Below are positions 59,350-64,000 of a stretch of 64,000 bases of DNA, piece by piece. The notes under the pieces were generated by a model, which was not told where the DNA came from, did no database searches, and saw nothing but the letters and a program-made list of their open reading frames with translations. Position 1 is the stretch's first letter. The number at the start of each line of letters is the position of its first letter. Origin of the DNA: a bacterium (GTDB lineage: Bacteria > Omnitrophota > Gorgyraeia > Zapsychrales > Zapsychraceae); the NCBI GenBank assembly GCA_030429765.1, contig JAUIER010000008.1:83403-147402 (forward strand), written 5' to 3'. Position numbers and translations under genes: made by a program.

Positions 59350-62300
59350 TTGCACTCTAACATGTCCATCCACGTATCTCTTCATCATAAAACCACATAT
59401 AAGTACGAACGGCCGATTCAGTTGGGGCCGCAGATTATCCGTTTGAAACCGGCGCCGCATTCGCGTACGCCGGTATTGAGCTATTCGCTGAAGGTGTTTC
59501 CCGACGATCATTTCATTAATTGGCAGCAGGACCCGCAGGGCAATTATCTGGCGCGGCTGGTGTTTCCCAATAAGACGGATCTGTTTGACGTTGAGGTGTC
59601 CTTAACGGCTGACATGACGACGATCAATCCGTTTGATTTTTTCCTGCAGGAAAGCGCCGAGCAGTTTCCGTTTAAGTACGAGAAGTGGTTGTCCCATGAG
59701 CTCAAGCCGTTTCTGCACAAGCTCCCCGCCGAGCCGGCGTTTCAGCAGTTCCTTAAGAATATTTCCCGCAAACGCCAACCGACCAATGACTTTTTAGTGT
59801 ATCTCAATCAGATGCTTCAGCAGGAGATCAGTTATTTGATCCGACTGGAGCCCGGGGTGCAGACACCGGAAGAGACACTGACCAAGAAGTCCGGATCCTG
59901 CCGGGATTCGGCGTGGCTCTTGGTGCAACTGTTGCGGCATCTGGGATTGGCCGCTCGGTTTGTATCCGGCTACTTGATCCAGCTCAAGGCCGATGTCAAA
60001 TCGCTGGATGGTCCGTCGGGAACCGAGGAGGATTTTACCGACCTGCACGCCTGGGCGGAGGTCTATCTGCCCGGGGCCGGATGGGTGGGGCTGGATCCGA
60101 CATCAGGACTACTGACCGGTGAAGGGCATATCCCTTTGGTGGCCACGCCGGAACCGTCGTCGGCGGCACCGATTTCCGGGATGCTGGAGGCCTGCGAGAC
60201 CGACTTCAAACATGTCATGACAGTCACCCGGTTCCATGAGGATCCGCGTGTCACCAAACCCTATACTGATGATCAGTGGCAGCGCATTATGAAAATCGGT
60301 CATCAGGTCGATAAGGGGTTGGCCAAGGAGAAGGTCCACTTGACGATGGGCGGTGAGCCGACATTTGTTTCGATCGACGATATGGAAAGCGCGCAATGGA
60401 ACACGGCCGCGCTGGGCGAACACAAACGCCGGTTGTCCGGTGATTTGTTTCAGCGGTTGAAGCAACGCTGGACCACGGGCGCGTTGATCTATTCGGGGCA
60501 GGGCAAGTGGTATCCGGGCGAGCAATTGCCGCGCTGGGTGCTGGGGTGTTATTGGCGAAAAGACGGTAAGCCGTTGTGGAAGGATGAGGCCTTGTTCGCG
60601 GATGAGTCCCTAGGGTATTCCTTTGGACCGACGGATGCCGAAAATTTTGTGCGAACGCTGGCCAAGCGTTTAAAACTTGATCCGGACTTTGTGGTCCCGG
60701 GCTTCGAAGACTCGGCTTATTTTCTGTGGAAGGAACAGCGGCTGGCGGCGAATGTCGACGCGCTGGAGTCCAAGGTCAAAGATCCATTGGAACGTCGACG
60801 GCTCGCCAGGGTTTTTCAAAAAGATTTAGGTGAAGTTATCGGGTACGCACTGCCGATCGCCCGTGAAGGATTGGGGGCTTCTGAGCGTTGGACCAGCTGC
60901 GCCTGGACATTCAAATCCAAAAATATGTACTTGATTCCGGGCGACTCACCGATGGGCCTACGCATGCCGCTGGATTCGCTGCCGTGGTCGAGCCCCGACG
61001 ATGAACAGAAGATTTATGATCCCGATCCACTTAGACCCGTCGATGGTCCGTTGCCGGATGACGAGGACGGGGGCGATTCATCGTTGTTGTCCAAAAAAAA
61101 TCGTCCCAAAGTGAGGAAGGGGCAATCTGCCAAAGGGATTTTACATACCGCGCTGTGTGTGCAGGTTCGCGACGGACGCATGTATGTATTTTTGCCGCCG
61201 CTTGAAAGTTTTGACGATTACGCGCTGTTACTCAACCGGATCGAATCCACGGCCAAGGCGCTACAGATTCCGGTTGTGATCGAGGGGTACCCGCCGCCCT
61301 ATGACAGTCGAGTGGATTGTTTTAAGCTCACGCCGGATCCCGGCGTCATCGAGGTGAACGTTGCGCCCGTAAGCAGTTTTGATGAATTAACGAATCAGGT
61401 GAACTCGTTGTACGAGGAGGCCCGGTTGGCGCGGTTGGGCACAGAAAAGTTTATGCTCGACGGCCGGCATTCGGGAACAGGTGGTGGAAATCACATTGTA
61501 CTCGGCGGCCGTACCCCGGCCGAGAGTCCGTTCTTACGACGCCCCGATTTGCTGGCGAGTTTTGTGGCCTACTGGAATAATCATCCGTCGCTATCATATT
61601 TATTTTCGGGGTTGTTCATGGGGCCCACCAGCCAGGCGCCACGGGTGGACGAAGGACGTCGCGACAGTGTCTATGAACTGGAGATCGCGATCCGTCAGAT
61701 GAACCGGGAAATCGAAAAGTTCGGTCAGTGCCCGCCGTGGATGGTCGACCGGCTGTTTCGGCATCTGCTCATCGACGGGACGGGCAACACCCACCGCGCG
61801 GAGTTTTGTATCGACAAGCTCTTCTCGCCGGACTCGGCGACCGGACGCTTGGGGTTGGTGGAATTCAGGGGATTTGAAATGCCGCCGCATCCACGGATGA
61901 GTCTGCTGCAGCAATTCTTGATCCGGACGATGGTGCTGAAGTTCTGGAAGAATCCCTATAATGAACGATTGGTCCGCTGGGGTACCACGCTACATGACCG
62001 GTTTTTGCTGCCGCATTTTGTGCACGAAGACTTTGAAGATGTGCTGAGCGATATGAACAGTGACGGTTTTGATTTTGACATGGCCGACTTCGCGCCTCAT
62101 TTTGAGTTCCGTTTTCCGATCATTGGTCAAGTCAGCTACAACGATATCGGATTACAAATTCGAACGGCGATTGAACCCTGGTATGTGTTGGGTGAAGAAC
62201 CGGCCTCAGGCGCTACGGCGCGCTACGTCGATTCATCGGTGGAACGCCTGCAGCTCAAGGTCAGCGGCATGACGGACCCGCGTTTCATCGTATGCTGCAA

Positions 62301-62655
62301 CGGACATCCGGTCCCGCTGCATCCGACGGGCGCACAGGGAGAATTTGTGGCCGGTATCCGTTACCGCGCCTGGCAGCCGCCCAGCTGTCTGCATCCGACA
62401 ATCACCGTTCACTCTCCATTGACGATTGAGATCATTGACACCTGGAACCGATTGTCGATCGGCGGATGTGTGTATCATGTGGCGCATCCAGGCGGTCGAA
62501 ATTATGAGACGTTCCCGGTCAACGCACTGGAAGCCGAATCCCGACGGGCCGCCCGGTTTTTCAAGACTGGACACACCCCTGGACGCATGGATCACATCCC
62601 CGAACCCGTGACGAATCCTGATTATCCTTTGACCCTTGATTTGCGTCGGGTTTGA
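59350..62655 (+). CDS. Large transglutaminase-like family protein (~1100 aa; N-terminal TGase core, DUF2126-like remainder)
   Basis: Cys-protease core KKSGSCRDSAWLLVQLLRHLGLAARFVSGY; genomic association with the ATP-grasp/alpha-E genes. Confidence 0.65.
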   Translation: MHSNMSIHVSLHHKTTYKYERPIQLGPQIIRLKPAPHSRTPVLSYSLKVFPDDHFINWQQDPQGNYLARLVFPNKTDLFDVEVSLTADMTTINPFDFFLQESAEQFPFKYEKWLSHELKPFLHKLPAEPAFQQFLKNISRKRQPTNDFLVYLNQMLQQEISYLIRLEPGVQTPEETLTKKSGSCRDSAWLLVQLLRHLGLAARFVSGYLIQLKADVKSLDGPSGTEEDFTDLHAWAEVYLPGAGWVGLDPTSGLLTGEGHIPLVATPEPSSAAPISGMLEACETDFKHVMTVTRFHEDPRVTKPYTDDQWQRIMKIGHQVDKGLAKEKVHLTMGGEPTFVSIDDMESAQWNTAALGEHKRRLSGDLFQRLKQRWTTGALIYSGQGKWYPGEQLPRWVLGCYWRKDGKPLWKDEALFADESLGYSFGPTDAENFVRTLAKRLKLDPDFVVPGFEDSAYFLWKEQRLAANVDALESKVKDPLERRRLARVFQKDLGEVIGYALPIAREGLGASERWTSCAWTFKSKNMYLIPGDSPMGLRMPLDSLPWSSPDDEQKIYDPDPLRPVDGPLPDDEDGGDSSLLSKKNRPKVRKGQSAKGILHTALCVQVRDGRMYVFLPPLESFDDYALLLNRIESTAKALQIPVVIEGYPPPYDSRVDCFKLTPDPGVIEVNVAPVSSFDELTNQVNSLYEEARLARLGTEKFMLDGRHSGTGGGNHIVLGGRTPAESPFLRRPDLLASFVAYWNNHPSLSYLFSGLFMGPTSQAPRVDEGRRDSVYELEIAIRQMNREIEKFGQCPPWMVDRLFRHLLIDGTGNTHRAEFCIDKLFSPDSATGRLGLVEFRGFEMPPHPRMSLLQQFLIRTMVLKFWKNPYNERLVRWGTTLHDRFLLPHFVHEDFEDVLSDMNSDGFDFDMADFAPHFEFRFPIIGQVSYNDIGLQIRTAIEPWYVLGEEPASGATARYVDSSVERLQLKVSGMTDPRFIVCCNGHPVPLHPTGAQGEFVAGIRYRAWQPPSCLHPTITVHSPLTIEIIDTWNRLSIGGCVYHVAHPGGRNYETFPVNALEAESRRAARFFKTGHTPGRMDHIPEPVTNPDYPLTLDLRRV

Positions 62656-62848
62656 GGGTTTATCGGGGGGGCGCAAAATTGCGTTTGACTTGTTGACGGG
62701 CCGGATCCAGATGCTATAACTAAAATATTTCACACGATAGTTCGACGATTTTTTGGACGATTTGAAACACGGCAACTCAACCATCTGATGCCGGGATGTT
62801 TGTTTGGGGGAAGAGATGTATTTCGGGCATAGAAAAAGCAGGTAGGTC

Positions 62849-64000
62849 AATGGCAAGAAATCGGGTCACAGGATATCAATTCGGAACACTGCAGGGTGTG
62901 TTCATCCCTAGCATACTCACCATCCTGGGTGTTGTGATGTACCTGCGCTTTGGATGGGTGTTGGGAAACGTGGGATTGATCCAGACACTGTTGATTGTGA
63001 CTTTGGCGTCCTCGATTACATTTTTGACCGCGCTGTCCATCTCGCAATTGGCGACAAATATGAAGATCGGTGGAGGCGGCGCGTACTATATAATATCCCG
63101 TTCGCTGGGGGTTGAGGCAGGCGCCGCTATTGGGGTGCCGCTGTTTTTCGCGCAGGCGTTGGGTATCTCGTTTTATGTCGCCGGTTTTTCCGAATCGGCG
63201 GCCGATTTGTTTCCGGCGCTGTCGCAGCCGGTGATCGGTGTGATCACACTGCTTGTTCTGACCATGCTGGCCGTGGTATCGGCCGATCTGGCCTTAAAGC
63301 TGCAGTATTTTATTTTCGCGCTGATCGTATTTTCACTGATTTCCTTTTTCAGCGGCAACTACTCCGCGACCGCGACGACGGTGCCTGATCTGGTAGAGCC
63401 GATGAAATTGTCGTTCTGGCCGGTTTTTGCCGTATTCTTCCCGGCGGTGACGGGGATCGAGGCCGGATTGTCGATGTCGGGCGATCTCAAGGCCCCGGAC
63501 AAGTCGCTGCCGAACGGAACGTTGGCCGCCGTCGGGATCAGTTATCTGATTTATCTGATGATCCCCATCTTTATGCATCATTTACAAGTGCCGGATTACA
63601 CGCTGCTGACCAATTCACTGGTGATGCGGGATGTGGCCCGGTGGGGTAAGTTTATTCTATTCGGCGTGTGGAGCGCGGCTTTATCCAGCGCCCTGGGCGC
63701 GCTGTTGGGCGCGCCGCGCACCCTGCAGGCCCTGGCCAAGGACGGGGTGGTTCCCAAATGGGTCGGACGTGGATACGGCAAGAGCAATGATCCTCGTTAC
63801 GCGACGGGCATCTCATTTTTGATCGCGCTGACCGGCATCCTGCTGGGAGATCTGAACCTGATCGCGCCGATCCTGTCGATGTTCTTCTTAACGTCGTATG
63901 GATTGATCAATTTTTCATCCGCGTTTAACGGCATCCTCAACAATCCGTCGTGGCGTCCGAAATTCTCGGTGCACTGGATCTTTTCGCTGGCCGGTACGGT
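62849..64000 (+). CDS. APC/SLC12-like cation-chloride or amino-acid permease; N-terminal part only, continues past the window end
   Basis: ATG 62849, then an open frame to the window end (so absent from the ORF track); TM-rich translation FGTLQGVFIPSILTILGVVMYLRFGWVLGNVG. Confidence 0.6.

Overview
The 64-kb window is mostly plus-strand coding sequence and has a mosaic makeup. (1) Positions 1-10.4 kb are visibly AT-richer. They form the end of an integrative conjugative element: a partial VirB4/TrbE ATPase, VirB5/6/8/9/10-like genes, a VirD4/TraG coupling ATPase, a DUF1016 PD-(D/E)XK nuclease, an excisionase and a tyrosine integrase. This block abuts a type-II tRNA, probably Ser-GCU, and three ~52-bp tandem repeats. 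(2) A GC-rich core block follows. It holds arsR and a CMD/AhpD-like gene, a SAM-dependent methyltransferase, an aminopeptidase-like domain protein, a TPR membrane protein, tex, a REC-domain protein, an MscS channel, an epimerase-like gene, dnaX, recR, monomeric icd, pfk, an ornithine-cyclodeaminase-family gene, and a MATE transporter. It also holds an ECF sigma / anti-sigma / RND / OMF envelope-stress cluster, and two circularly-permuted ATP-grasp + alpha-E modules accompanied by an Anbu peptidase and a large transglutaminase-like protein. (3) Small AT-rich islets interrupt the core. The first is a tRNA-Asn locus with two YhbQ-like GIY-YIG genes, ~120-bp direct repeats and CCGCC/GGCGG hairpin arrays. 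The second is a short basic ORF translationally coupled to a candidate PARP/diphtheria-toxin-like ADP-ribosyltransferase-fold protein, followed by a metallophosphoesterase. The third is a restriction/defense islet: EVE(PUA-like)-HNH nuclease, Vsr, a C5-cytosine methyltransferase and a PD-(D/E)XK-like putative restriction endonuclease. (4) A ~45-nt GC-palindrome-containing repeat (consensus ..CGCaACCCCCCGGGGGcTTTGGAACCAGGTCTTAAAA) recurs at least ten times, always in the same orientation and mostly just after plus-strand stop codons. (5) Two perfect sigma70-consensus promoters are followed by hairpins, which suggests a short noncoding RNA or leader. All functional calls rest on motif recognition by eye; no database searches were run.
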